Shown piece by piece: positions 1 to 9,912 of a DNA stretch of 64,000 nt. The notes below the pieces were generated by a model. That model saw nothing but the letters and a program-made list of their open reading frames with translations, did no database searches and was not told where the DNA came from. The translations under genes and the position numbers were made by a program. Source of the stretch: Vicinamibacteria bacterium (GTDB lineage: Bacteria > Acidobacteriota > Vicinamibacteria > Marinacidobacterales > Marinacidobacteraceae). Each line of letters starts with the position of its first letter. The stretch's first letter is position 1. The stretch lies in contig OY729431.1 of NCBI GenBank assembly GCA_963422395.1, forward strand, positions 2,112,001 to 2,176,000. Reading direction: 5' to 3'.

Positions 1-645
1 ATCGACCAGGCGCCGGTGTCCGAGATCGGCCGGAACAGCCTGCTCACCCTGGCCTTCGGCGCGTTCTTCTTCGACTACGACCTCGACGGGCGCCAGGATC
101 TCTTCCTGGCGAACGGCCATGTCGAGAACGAGATCGCCGGAGTCCAGCAGCGGGTCCGCTACCAGCAGCCCCCGCACCTCTTCCGCAACCGGGGCGGCGG
201 CCGCTTCGTCGAAGTGACCGCGGACTCCCCCGACCTCGCCCGCCCGATGGTCGGCCGGGGTGCAGCCTTCGCGGACATCGACGGCGACGGCGATCTCGAT
301 CTCGCGGTGAGCGAAAACGGCGGTGCGGCGCGGCTCTTCCGCAACGAGGGCGGAGAACGGAGCGGGTGGGTTGGTTTCCGGCTGCGCGGGCGGAATTCGA
401 ACCGCGACGGAATCGGTGCGAAGATCACCATCGCCATCGAGGACCGCGGCATGACCCGTACCGAGACCCGTTTCGTGAAGAGCGCCACTGGATACGCATC
501 CCAGAACCAGCTCGAAGTGGTGGTCGGCCTCGGCCCTGCCGGCCGAGCCGTCTCCGCCGCCGTGATCTGGCCCTCGGGCGCCCGGAGCGAGATCGAGTCC
601 CCGGAGCCGCGCCGCATCCTGCTCGTCGAGGAGCCCGGACGATGA
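1..645 (+). CDS. CRTAC1/ASPIC-UnbV family protein with FG-GAP-like repeats (5' part outside window)
   Basis: Frame is open from base 1. Contains DYDLDGRQDL and DIDGDGDLDL Ca-binding repeats, NRDGIGAKI and the ASPIC/UnbV-like C-terminus GYASQN...GLG...WPSG. Confidence 0.85.
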   Translation: MDQAPVSEIGRNSLLTLAFGAFFFDYDLDGRQDLFLANGHVENEIAGVQQRVRYQQPPHLFRNRGGGRFVEVTADSPDLARPMVGRGAAFADIDGDGDLDLAVSENGGAARLFRNEGGERSGWVGFRLRGRNSNRDGIGAKITIAIEDRGMTRTETRFVKSATGYASQNQLEVVVGLGPAGRAVSAAVIWPSGARSEIESPEPRRILLVEEPGR

Positions 646-2666
646 GGACGGGAGCCTTTCCGAAGTCGGGGGTGCTCTCGACCGGGACAGGCTTCGGGGC
701 ACTGCTGGCCCTCTTCGCGGTCTCGGCGGGAGGCGCCGCCCCCCGAGCCCAGACCGCACCGCCGCCGCTCGCCGAGCAGTCGGCGATGATGGTGGGTTCC
801 GGCGAGTGCCTCCTCTGCCACGAGCCGGCACACGAGGCGTGGACCTCCTCCCGTCACTCCAAGATGGTGCAGCCGGCGATTCCCGGGGCGGTCCTGGGCG
901 ATTTCTCGGTGGAGCAGCTCACCCTGCGGGGTCAGGACTACCGAGTGCGCCGCACCGGTCCGAAGTACTTCATCACCGAGTCCTTCTTCACCGGCGAGCC
1001 AACCGAGCACTCCGTGGAATACACGCTCGGCAACCGCCGCATCCAGCACTACCTCACCACCCTCGAAGACGGGCGGGTCATCGTGCTGCCGCCGACCTGG
1101 GATGTGCTGCGCCGCCAGTGGTTCCACAACCTGGAGATCGCCGCTCCCGACCAGCGGGAGGGCATCGTTCCCGTCCAGCTCTGGAACAAGAACTGTTTCG
1201 GCTGCCATGTGAGCGACCAGGTCAAGGGCTTCCGCCCGGCCGAGGACCGCTACGACACCACCTGGCTCGACTTCGGCACCACCTGCGAGCGCTGCCACGG
1301 CCCCGGCAGCCGCCATGTGGACAAGTACCGGAACCTCGATGCCTACGGGGACGACCCCGAGACCCACATCGTTCAGCAGACCCGGCTCGACTCCGAGCGG
1401 AACTCCATGGTCTGCGCCCAGTGCCACTCCTTCCGCGACCAGATGGCCTTCGGATTCGCCGCCGGGGACGACTACTTCGATTTCTTCTTCCCGCTGCTGG
1501 AGTACACCCAGGAGCCGTCCGAAGACCCGACCTGGTACCTGGACGGCAAGACCCGGCGCTTCTCCACGAACGCCCTCGGCATCTGGCAGAGCGAGTGCTT
1601 CGTGGTCGGGGGCGCGACCTGCACCGGCTGCCACACCGACCCGCACAGGCCTGACATCGAACGGAACGAACAACTCCAGCCGACGAACAACGCCCTCTGC
1701 ACCGGCTGCCACCCAGCGATCGGTGCGAACCTCGCCGCCCACACCTTCCACGCCGCGGACTCGGCCGGCAGCTCTTGCGTGGAGTGCCACATGCCCCGAA
1801 GCGTGACCAGCATCCGGGCCACGATGCGCGACCACAGCATCTCCATTCCCTCGCCGGCGAACACCGCCCGCTTCGGGATCCCGAACGGGTGCAACGGATG
1901 CCACGCCGCCGAAACCCCCGAGTGGGCGGCGGCGCGCATGGACGAGTGGTGGGGCGGCACTCCGCGCCGCCGGAAGATCGAGCGGCGGGCGGCGGCCTAC
2001 GAGGGAGCGCGGAGGCTTTCCCGGGAAGCTCTCGACGGCCTGCTCGCCATCGCCGCCGACGATGGGGAAGGGCCGGTCAACCGGGCGAACGCCGCCGGCC
2101 ATCTCGGACGGTACCTCGCTGCCCCGGCCACCCGGGACGCCGCTGCTTCGGCGCTGGTCGCCGCCGCTTCGGACCCCCACCCGCTGGTGCGGGCGGTGGC
2201 TTCCCTGAAACTCGGCGAGACCGGCGACCCGAACGCGCCGGCAGTCCGGGAGACACTCCTGGAACGGGTCCAGGACGAACGGCGGACGGTGCGGATGAAC
2301 GCGGCCATCTCCCTGCTGAACCTCGGCGTGCGGGAACTTCCCGGAGAGGCGGGCGGGAGCTTCGAACTCGCGAAGAGGCTCCACGGAATCCGAGGCGGCT
2401 TCTTCGCCGACGACGCTCCGCAGCAGCTGAACCTCGGACGGCTCCATGTGCTCGACGGCAACCCGGCGGCGGCGCAGCGCGCTTTCGAGCAGAGTTACCG
2501 CATCGACCCCGACCAGCCCGGCATCCGCTTCTTCATGGCGGTGACCCGGCTCTCCCAGCAGCGGTTCCCCGAAGCCCGGATGTTGCTTCAGTCGATTCCG
2601 CCGGAGGATCCCTTCGCCCAGGAAGCGGCGAACCTGCTCCGCCAGCTCGACCCTCCCGGAAACTAG
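642..2666 (+). CDS. Exported multiheme cytochrome c (8 CxxCH) with HEAT/TPR C-terminus
   Basis: ATG 642 overlaps the upstream stop (ATGA). Signal peptide, then CLLCH, CFGCH, CERCH, CAQCH, CTGCH x2, CVECH and CNGCH, followed by HEAT-like and TPR-like repeats. Confidence 0.85.
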   Translation: MRTGAFPKSGVLSTGTGFGALLALFAVSAGGAAPRAQTAPPPLAEQSAMMVGSGECLLCHEPAHEAWTSSRHSKMVQPAIPGAVLGDFSVEQLTLRGQDYRVRRTGPKYFITESFFTGEPTEHSVEYTLGNRRIQHYLTTLEDGRVIVLPPTWDVLRRQWFHNLEIAAPDQREGIVPVQLWNKNCFGCHVSDQVKGFRPAEDRYDTTWLDFGTTCERCHGPGSRHVDKYRNLDAYGDDPETHIVQQTRLDSERNSMVCAQCHSFRDQMAFGFAAGDDYFDFFFPLLEYTQEPSEDPTWYLDGKTRRFSTNALGIWQSECFVVGGATCTGCHTDPHRPDIERNEQLQPTNNALCTGCHPAIGANLAAHTFHAADSAGSSCVECHMPRSVTSIRATMRDHSISIPSPANTARFGIPNGCNGCHAAETPEWAAARMDEWWGGTPRRRKIERRAAAYEGARRLSREALDGLLAIAADDGEGPVNRANAAGHLGRYLAAPATRDAAASALVAAASDPHPLVRAVASLKLGETGDPNAPAVRETLLERVQDERRTVRMNAAISLLNLGVRELPGEAGGSFELAKRLHGIRGGFFADDAPQQLNLGRLHVLDGNPAAAQRAFEQSYRIDPDQPGIRFFMAVTRLSQQRFPEARMLLQSIPPEDPFAQEAANLLRQLDPPGN

Positions 2667-2818
2667 CTAGCAGGAGTCCGGGAGAGGAAGCGGCGCGAAC
2701 GCGAGCAGAACGGCCAGCCGAGGCTCTACCCCCGGCTGGCTATCCCCCGACCAGGCCCGGGCGGAGCTGGCCGGCCGGCCGGATAGCCGGAGTCGAAACC
2801 GGCCTCACGCGGAGCCGA

Positions 2819-4489
2819 TCAGCGGGGGCGCCGCCCCGGTTTCGGAAAGTCGTGATCGGCAGCGTCCTCGAGGAAGAGCGGCATGGGCGGCGGCGGGAGA
2901 CCCTGCTCGGCGCGAGCGGCGCGAACCGTCTCGCGGACATCGGACAGCAGCTTCCGGGCGTCGTACACGATTCCGTCCTTGACGGTGTAACGGATCGAGC
3001 CGATCCGTTCGGTCCGGCCGGTTTCATGGTTCAGCCGGATCGTGCCGCTGCCGTACAGCACTTTCAGGTTCTGTAACGGGTTTTCTTCGAGCACCACGAA
3101 GTCAGCGAGTTTTTCCTCCTCGACGGACCCCAGCCGATCGTCGAGACCGAGAACTTCGGCTCCGCTCAGCGTGGCGGCCCGGATCACCTCCAGCGGATGG
3201 AATCCGGCCTCCTGCATCAGCTCCAGCTCCTGGACGAAACCGAATCCGTAGAGGTTGAAGGTGTATCCCGAATCACTACCGACCGCCACCCGGCCGCCGC
3301 GGTTCTTGAACTCGTTCACGAAGGCCATCCAGAGGCGGTAGTTCTCCTTCCAGTCGAGTTCTACCTGGGTGGTCCAGTCGAAGAAATAGGACGCATGGTT
3401 CTCGGCGTTGGGCCGGTAGAACTCCCACAGGCTCGGATGGGTATAGACCGAGTGCCATTCGTTCCGCTGCTGGCGCATCAGATCGCGGGTGCCGATGTAG
3501 GCGACCCAGGTCGGATGGATGGAGAAGTCGAGTTCGATCAGCTCGTTCATCACTTCGTTCCAGTGCTCGGAAAACGGCGCCGCCGCCTGCGCCCAGAGCC
3601 GGCCGGCCTCTCCGAAACGGTGGTACTCGTTGTTGTAGTTGTAATCCGCCGGATAGTGCTGGATCCGCCGGTCGGTGAAAAGCGCCTCGGGCAACCCGTA
3701 CCAGTGGGTCATCGAGGTGAGCCCGGCGCGGGCGGTGTCGAGCGCGTTCATCCCCACCACATCGAGTTGCGCGTGGTGGGCGGTGCTGCGGAGCTCCTGG
3801 GTCGATGCTTCGTCGAGCGCGGCGCGGAAGATCCGCGGCTGCGCGCCGAAGAATTTGATCCCGTCGGCGCCCTGTTCCTTGACCCATCGAACCCAGCGGC
3901 GCGCGGCCTCGGGATTCGTCACCGGCTCCTCGCCATCGCGACCGAACACCACGAACGCCTGGATGCGCGGAGAGGTGATCTCGTTGTTCCAGGCACGGCG
4001 CTTGTGGTGGAGGAGCCAGCGGGTGTTGAAGTTCCCGAGGTCGCCGCCGGTGGTGATCCCGTGGCCCATCCAGAGCTTGTGGATGTACTCGGTCGGCACC
4101 CCCTGCCCCGCGCCCTCGTTGTGCTGGTGCAAGTGCATGTCGATGAACCCGGGCAACAGATAGTGGCCGGAGAGGTCCAGCTCGTGGTCTCCCGGCTCTG
4201 CCTTCGGGCGGTCTTCTTCGCGGATCGGGGTCACCGGGGTCCCCACCACCCGGATCGTCCGGATGATGTTCTTCTCGACGATGATGTCCACCGGGCCGTA
4301 CGGCGGCGCGCCGGTGCCGTCGATGACGGTCACCCCCCGCAAGATCAGCCGGTCCCAGGGACCTTCCCCATCGGTGCGGACGGGGACTGGATACGGAATG
4401 TCCTCCTGCGCCGCGAGCGGCGCGGCGAGCACCACCCCCGCGCACAGGGCGACGACCAGTGGAAAGACGCGATTGCTGGGAAAGCTCAT
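2819..4489 (-). CDS. Secreted amidohydrolase family protein
   Basis: Signal peptide ending AAPLAAQE. Motifs PGFIDMHLH, GSDSG and GSVEEEKLADFVVL. Start trimmed to ATG 4489. Confidence 0.85.
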   Translation of the reverse strand: MSFPSNRVFPLVVALCAGVVLAAPLAAQEDIPYPVPVRTDGEGPWDRLILRGVTVIDGTGAPPYGPVDIIVEKNIIRTIRVVGTPVTPIREEDRPKAEPGDHELDLSGHYLLPGFIDMHLHQHNEGAGQGVPTEYIHKLWMGHGITTGGDLGNFNTRWLLHHKRRAWNNEITSPRIQAFVVFGRDGEEPVTNPEAARRWVRWVKEQGADGIKFFGAQPRIFRAALDEASTQELRSTAHHAQLDVVGMNALDTARAGLTSMTHWYGLPEALFTDRRIQHYPADYNYNNEYHRFGEAGRLWAQAAAPFSEHWNEVMNELIELDFSIHPTWVAYIGTRDLMRQQRNEWHSVYTHPSLWEFYRPNAENHASYFFDWTTQVELDWKENYRLWMAFVNEFKNRGGRVAVGSDSGYTFNLYGFGFVQELELMQEAGFHPLEVIRAATLSGAEVLGLDDRLGSVEEEKLADFVVLEENPLQNLKVLYGSGTIRLNHETGRTERIGSIRYTVKDGIVYDARKLLSDVRETVRAARAEQGLPPPPMPLFLEDAADHDFPKPGRRPR

Positions 4490-4583
4490 GGGGTCAGGAT
4501 CCTCCGAAGCAGGCCAGTATCCCACAGCAGCCCGCGGCCGAGCTCGGAGCGCATCGCGATGCGGGGCCCTTCCCCGCGCCCGC

Positions 4584-5372
4584 TCAACCGGCGATGCGGT
4601 CCAGACGAAGGCGGTGGCGGTCGTCGAAGAGCCGCTTCGAGACCACCCGGACCGCAGCGAGCACTCCGAATCCGGTGCCGGCGGCGATCAGCAGCAGGAT
4701 CAGGATCTGATAGCGGACCGCCTCCCCGACCGGGGCTCCGGCGAGGATCTGCCCGGTCATCATCCCCGGCAGGCTCACCACCCCTGCAGCCGCCATGGCG
4801 TTGAAGATCGGGATCAACCCCGCCCGGACGCTCTCCCGGGTGATTCCGGAAACGGCCTCTTCGCGCGATTCGCCGAGGGCGAGGCGCTGCTCGATCACTT
4901 CCCGGCGGCGCACGACGGATTCGGTGAACCGTTCCATCGAGAGGGACACCCCGTTCATGGTGTTTCCGAGCAGCATTCCGAGGAACGGAATCGCGAACCG
5001 GGGCGCCCACCAGGGTTCGGGCTCGAGCAACACCCACAGCGCGAAGCCCGTGAACAGGAAGGACGAAAGGAACAGGGCCGCCGCCCCCACCAGATACCCC
5101 CAGCGTCCCGCGAGCGGGCGCTCCTGACGGCTCTTCACTTCGTAGGCGGCGACACCGAGCATCGAAAGCGCCAGGAACGCCACCAGGAGCGGCTGTCCGG
5201 AGCCGAACACGAACCGCAGCACGAGTCCCAACAGGAGGAGCTGGGCCACCGAACGCGACGCCAGCCAGAGAAGCTGGCCCGAAACCCCGAACCGCGCGCG
5301 CCAGTTCGCCGCCGCGAGCAAGACGACGCCGGCGGCGGCCGCGGCCAGGTCGCCGTATCCGAGCGAGATCAT
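4584..5372 (-). CDS. fetB: ABC permease, UPF0014/FetB family
   Basis: Motifs RSVAQLLLLG, GMLLGNTM and GVVSLPGMMTGQILAG...AVRYQI. Start trimmed to ATG 5372. Confidence 0.85.
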   Translation of the reverse strand: MISLGYGDLAAAAAGVVLLAAANWRARFGVSGQLLWLASRSVAQLLLLGLVLRFVFGSGQPLLVAFLALSMLGVAAYEVKSRQERPLAGRWGYLVGAAALFLSSFLFTGFALWVLLEPEPWWAPRFAIPFLGMLLGNTMNGVSLSMERFTESVVRRREVIEQRLALGESREEAVSGITRESVRAGLIPIFNAMAAAGVVSLPGMMTGQILAGAPVGEAVRYQILILLLIAAGTGFGVLAAVRVVSKRLFDDRHRLRLDRIAG

Positions 5373-6001
5373 CCGTGCTGGAACCGGGCGCCGCGGTTCC
5401 CCGCCGCCGCAATCGGACGCAGGACGCCGGCGGGCAGAACCAGCGCCCTGTCGGCCGCCGCAACTTCTTCGGGGGCGTGGGAAATCCACAGAACCGAAGC
5501 GCAGCGCGCCTTCCGGTAGCGTTCGATGCGGCGGACGACGAGCTCGCGGTTCTCCGGGTCGAGGTTCGCGGTGGGTTCGTCGAGAAGAAGCACCCGCGGA
5601 GCCCGGGCGAGAAGCCGCAGCAGCGCGAGGCGCGCCCGCTCACCGGTGGAGAGCAGCGCCGGATCGGCGCCCAGGACCTTCGGCTCGAGGCGCAGCGAAG
5701 CGAGTTCCTCTCCGGAGGGGACGGCGTCCTCCGGAAAATGTCCGGCCACCGTGGCGTTCCAAAAACGCGGCTCTGCCGGGAGCATCCCGGCGAGCCGGCG
5801 CCACGCGGGCGCCGCCATCGAGGCCGCGGACCTGCCCGACCAGGACACCTCGCCTCCGTGCGAATCGAGGTCGGCGAGCGCTCGCAAGAGACGGGTCTTG
5901 CCCGAGCCGGAAGGACCGACCACCGCCAATACCCCGGCTTCGGGTATTTCGAAAGAGAGCGGAGGCAGTCCCGGAACCGTCAGCGCACGGGCAGCGAACA
6001 T
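5369..6001 (-). CDS. ABC ATP-binding subunit (FetA-like)
   Basis: Walker A GPSGSGKT, signature LSTGE, Walker B LLLDEPT. Stop overlaps the fetB start. This is the C-terminal part of ORF 5369..7162. Confidence 0.85.
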   Translation of the reverse strand: MFAARALTVPGLPPLSFEIPEAGVLAVVGPSGSGKTRLLRALADLDSHGGEVSWSGRSAASMAAPAWRRLAGMLPAEPRFWNATVAGHFPEDAVPSGEELASLRLEPKVLGADPALLSTGERARLALLRLLARAPRVLLLDEPTANLDPENRELVVRRIERYRKARCASVLWISHAPEEVAAADRALVLPAGVLRPIAAAGNRGARFQHG

Positions 6002-6290
6002 CCGCCAATTCTGCTGCGTCCGGGCCCCGATTTTCGGCGAAACCGGTCCCGGTCCTCCGAAGCCTCGACCGCTCGCACGCGAAGCGGTTTCCGCCGCCCG
6101 CGCCGACTCTGCCACAATGGGCGGGCGGCGCGGCGCCGAGCCCGGCGGGCGGAAGTCGGCCCGCGCACCATCACCAGGCGGAGTTCGACGACAGAGAAAT
6201 CGGTTTCCGGACTCGCAGACCACGCACGGGCGCGCTTCCCGAGATTTCACCTTCCCGAGGGTCTCGCAGCACCGGCGCCTGGAGGAACAG

Positions 6291-7202
6291 GTGATCTCGG
6301 CGGCGGCTCCACCCGTAGCAACCCTGGCGCGGTGCGCAGCGGCGGGAGTTCTCGCCGGGCTCGCCAGCCTCTTTCCGGGGGTCAGCGCGGGCACGATGAT
6401 CCTCGCTGCCGGGGTGTACCCGCAACTCGTCGGCGCGATCGCGGAGATCCTCTCCGGGAAATTCCGGACGGCGCCGCTCGCCCGGCTCGGGATGACGGCC
6501 GGTTTCGCCCTCATCGCGGTGTTCGCCGTCGCTGGAGCGGCGCGGGACGCGGTGACCGCCTGGCCGCTCGGATTTCTCGCTCTCTTCCTGGGGCTGACCC
6601 TGGGAGGCGCCCCGCTCCTTTGGCGGATGGCGGAAAGCAGAAGACCCGCCTTCGTTCTGGGTGCGGTTCTGGGGGGGCTGGCGGTGATGCTGACGGTGTT
6701 CGCCGCGAACCCGATCCCCCCGGAGACTGCAGAATCCCCGGTCGGCTGGCCGGCGCTCGCCGCCGCGGGGGTGATCTCCGCCTTCGCCATGGTCCTGCCT
6801 GGAATCAGCGGCAGCACCCTCCTCCTGTCGATGGGCATGTACCTGCCGTTTCTGAACGCGGTGGACCGCGTGACCGACGCGCTCACGCTCCGCCCGTGGG
6901 ACCCGCAGGCGATCGGTGCAGCACTGGTGGCGCTCGCCCCATTCCTCATCGGCGCCGCGATCGGCATCGCCGCTGCCTCCCGGCTCATGCGATACTTCCT
7001 CGCGGAGCGTCGGCAGGCGACCCTCGGCGCGCTTTTCGGCCTGCTTCTGGGCGCCTCGGCAGCCCTCTGGCCGTTCCAGAGCCTCGCCGGGGTCCTCTTC
7101 CTGCCGACTGCCGGGCAGGCCGCAGTCGCCGCCGCTGCGGTCGGCGCCGGCTTCGCGTTCACCTTTTTCCTCGGCAGCGGCAGCCGAACGGGCGGCCGCT
7201 GA
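6291..7202 (+). CDS. DUF368 family membrane protein (putative undecaprenyl-phosphate translocase family)
   Basis: Duplicated motifs PGVSAGT and [10 protein letters not shown]. Many TM helices. GTG 6291 with GGAGG RBS at 6281. Confidence 0.8.
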   Translation: MISAAAPPVATLARCAAAGVLAGLASLFPGVSAGTMILAAGVYPQLVGAIAEILSGKFRTAPLARLGMTAGFALIAVFAVAGAARDAVTAWPLGFLALFLGLTLGGAPLLWRMAESRRPAFVLGAVLGGLAVMLTVFAANPIPPETAESPVGWPALAAAGVISAFAMVLPGISGSTLLLSMGMYLPFLNAVDRVTDALTLRPWDPQAIGAALVALAPFLIGAAIGIAAASRLMRYFLAERRQATLGALFGLLLGASAALWPFQSLAGVLFLPTAGQAAVAAAAVGAGFAFTFFLGSGSRTGGR

Positions 7203-7233
7203 TCCCGATCCAGCCCCGAGAAAGGACCCCGAA

Positions 7234-8733
7234 GTGCCAGCAGTCCAAAACGCCACCAGCACCTTCCTGACGACTGGCCAGCCGCTCTTCGGCAAGGCGC
7301 GGGGGCGGGTCGCCGACCTGTCCCCCGAAACGGTGGCCTTCGGCCGCCGCGAGATCGAGCTCGCAGAACACGAGATGCCGGGACTGATCGCGCTCCGGGA
7401 GCGTCATTCCGGAACGCGGCCGCTGGCGGGCGCCCGCATCACCGGATCGCTCCACATGACGATCCAGACTGCGGTGCTCATCGAGACCCTCCTCGACCTC
7501 GGGGCCGAGGTCCGGTGGGCGAGCTGCAACATCTACTCGACGCAGGACCACGCGGCCGCCGCGGTGCTCGCCGGCCGCGGCGGGGATGCGGGAGATCCAC
7601 GCGGCCCCGCGGTCTTCGCCTGGAAGGGAGAGACCCTCGCCGAGTACTGGTGGTGTGCGGCGCAGGCGTTCGACTGGCCGGACGGGCGCGGTCCGAACCT
7701 GATTCTCGACGACGGCGGGGACGCGACCCTGCTGGTCCACTGGGGGCTCGAGTGCGAGCGGGCTGAGGCGGTTCCGACGCCGGAGTCGGCGAAGAACGAA
7801 GAACTCGCGGTCGTCCAGGCGCTGCTCGGCGCCATCGCCGCCGAGCGCCCCGGCTGGTTCGGGGAACTCGCGAGGGGCATCACCGGCGTGACCGAGGAGA
7901 CCACGACCGGAGTCCACCGGCTGGAACGGAGATTCCGCGAGGGATCGCTCCTCTTCCCCGCGATCGATGTCAACGATTCGGTCACGAAGAGCAAGTTCGA
8001 CAATGTGTACGGCATCCGCCACTCCCTGGTGGACGGGATCATGCGCGGCACCGATGTGATGTTGAGCGGCAAGCTGGCCGCAGTGCTCGGCTACGGCGAG
8101 GTCGGCAAAGGCGCGGCGCAGTCGCTCGCCGGGCAGAAGTGCCGGGTGGTCATAACCGAGGTGGATCCGATCTGCGCCTTGCAGGCGCTCATGGATGGGT
8201 TTCAGGTGGTTCGAATCGAGGATGTGGTCGCGGAGGCCGATCTCTTCGTGACCGCCACCGGGAATGTGCGGGTGATCGGCGTCGAACACCTACGGCGGAT
8301 GAAACACAACGCGATCGTCGGCAATGTGGGGCACTTCGACAACGAGATCGACATGGCCGGCCTCGCCGCCGAGCCGGGCATCCGCCGACGGAACATCAAG
8401 CCGCAAGTGGATGCCTGGATCTTCGAGGACGGGCGCCAGCTCCTCGTGCTCTCCGATGGCCGGCTGCTGAATCTCGGCAATGCCACCGGCCATCCCAGCT
8501 TCGTGATGAGTTCCAGTTTCTCGAACCAGGTCCTCGCCCAGATCGAGCTGCATCAGCGCCCCGAGCTCTATCCGCTCGGCGTCCATGTGCTGCCGAAGCA
8601 TCTCGACGAGGAGGTCGCCCGCCTCCACCTCGACAAACTCGGAGCGCGGCTCACGAGGTTGACGCCGGAGCAGTCCGAATACCTCGGCGTCCCGGTGGAC
8701 GGCCCCTACAAGTCCGACAAGTACCGGTACTGA
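7234..8733 (+). CDS. ahcY: Adenosylhomocysteinase
   Basis: Motifs [54 protein letters not shown] and C-terminal [10 protein letters not shown]. Confidence 0.97.
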   Translation: MPAVQNATSTFLTTGQPLFGKARGRVADLSPETVAFGRREIELAEHEMPGLIALRERHSGTRPLAGARITGSLHMTIQTAVLIETLLDLGAEVRWASCNIYSTQDHAAAAVLAGRGGDAGDPRGPAVFAWKGETLAEYWWCAAQAFDWPDGRGPNLILDDGGDATLLVHWGLECERAEAVPTPESAKNEELAVVQALLGAIAAERPGWFGELARGITGVTEETTTGVHRLERRFREGSLLFPAIDVNDSVTKSKFDNVYGIRHSLVDGIMRGTDVMLSGKLAAVLGYGEVGKGAAQSLAGQKCRVVITEVDPICALQALMDGFQVVRIEDVVAEADLFVTATGNVRVIGVEHLRRMKHNAIVGNVGHFDNEIDMAGLAAEPGIRRRNIKPQVDAWIFEDGRQLLVLSDGRLLNLGNATGHPSFVMSSSFSNQVLAQIELHQRPELYPLGVHVLPKHLDEEVARLHLDKLGARLTRLTPEQSEYLGVPVDGPYKSDKYRY

Positions 8734-9872
8734 TGGACGAACCGGCGGGACGCGCCGGCGCATCCGGCCCGGCAGACCCCGTGCGGGCTGCCGTCGTCGT
8801 GCTCTCGACGGTGGTCCTGCTCGGCGCCGCCTTCGGAATCGTCTGGCTGCTCTTCCGGTTCGTCGATGCCTTCTCGCCGGTGATCCTGCCGCTCGCAGTG
8901 GGCGGGCTCGCCGCGCTGGTGTTCAAGCCGTGGTTCCACGCCTTCCGGGCCCGCCTCCGGCTCCCTCCCTGGGCGGCGCTCATCGCCGTGAACCTGTCGG
9001 TGGCGGCCGTCCTCACCGGATTCTCCATCGCTTTCGGACGCCTCCTCGCCACGCAGCTGGGCGAGCTCGCCCAGCGCACTCCCGCTTCCCTGGAAGGCGC
9101 CTATGCCTGGGTCGTGGCCGAAACCCCGTCCTTCGTGGACTTCTTCGAGAACCACCCGGTCGGACAGCAACTCCGCGATTTCGCCCTGAGCCAGCGGGCG
9201 ACGCTGCTGCAGGGGCTCGCGCACATCGGCGAACAGGCGGTGGCAGCGAGCGCCGGGATCCTCCGCGGGCTCGGCGCTCTGCTGTCGTGGGCCGTCCTCC
9301 CGGTGTATTTCGGTTTCTTCCTGGTCTGGGATCCATCCCCTGCCGACCCTGCGCGCCTGCTTCCCTTCCTGAAGCCCCGGACTCGGGACACCGTGGTGCG
9401 TCTCGCGAGCGAATTCACGCGCATCCTGGTCGTGTTCTTCCGGGCCCAGTTGGTGGTGGCGTTTCTCCAGGGCCTGATACTCGCGATCGGGTTCACGACG
9501 ATCGGCCTCGACTACGGGTTCGTCATCGGACTGGGCCTGGGCCTGCTGACGATCATTCCCTATCTCGGGACCGCGGTGGGATTTGCAGTCGCAGCACCGC
9601 TCGCCTGGCTCCAGGACGGGGGCGGCCTGGGGCTCGCCGCGCTCACCGTCGGAGTTCTGGCCGCGGTCCAGCTCATCGAGAGCTGGTTCCTGACTCCGAA
9701 GATCATGGGAGGCCAGACCGGACTGCACTGGATGGCGATCCTCGTCGCCGTGCTTTTTTGGGGAAGCGCCCTCGGAGGGTTCACTGGAACCCTGCTCGCG
9801 ATTCCACTGACCGCTTTCGCGGCTTCCGCATGGCGGCTGATCCGCGAGCGCTACCTCGTGGAGGTCGTGTAG
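8733..9872 (+). CDS. AI-2E family transporter
   Basis: ATG overlaps the ahcY stop. IPYLG, QLIESWFLTPKIMG and G-x-LLAIP motifs; multi-TM. Confidence 0.85.
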   Translation: MDEPAGRAGASGPADPVRAAVVVLSTVVLLGAAFGIVWLLFRFVDAFSPVILPLAVGGLAALVFKPWFHAFRARLRLPPWAALIAVNLSVAAVLTGFSIAFGRLLATQLGELAQRTPASLEGAYAWVVAETPSFVDFFENHPVGQQLRDFALSQRATLLQGLAHIGEQAVAASAGILRGLGALLSWAVLPVYFGFFLVWDPSPADPARLLPFLKPRTRDTVVRLASEFTRILVVFFRAQLVVAFLQGLILAIGFTTIGLDYGFVIGLGLGLLTIIPYLGTAVGFAVAAPLAWLQDGGGLGLAALTVGVLAAVQLIESWFLTPKIMGGQTGLHWMAILVAVLFWGSALGGFTGTLLAIPLTAFAASAWRLIRERYLVEVV

Positions 9873-9912
9873 GAAGGAGGGGCCGGCCCGAGCGGCGGGA
9901 GAGATCTCCGGT

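Noticed and set aside
159-2447. Long antisense or alternative-frame ORFs throughout (e.g. 159-2447, 43718-45760, 47764-50187, 57816-60641)
   Set aside because: They are shadow ORFs of high-GC genes: Arg/Pro/Gly-rich and overlapping well-supported CDSs.
6002-6290. SAH riboswitch upstream of the DUF368-ahcY operon
   Set aside because: I could not identify the conserved core by eye. An Rfam/Infernal search would settle it.
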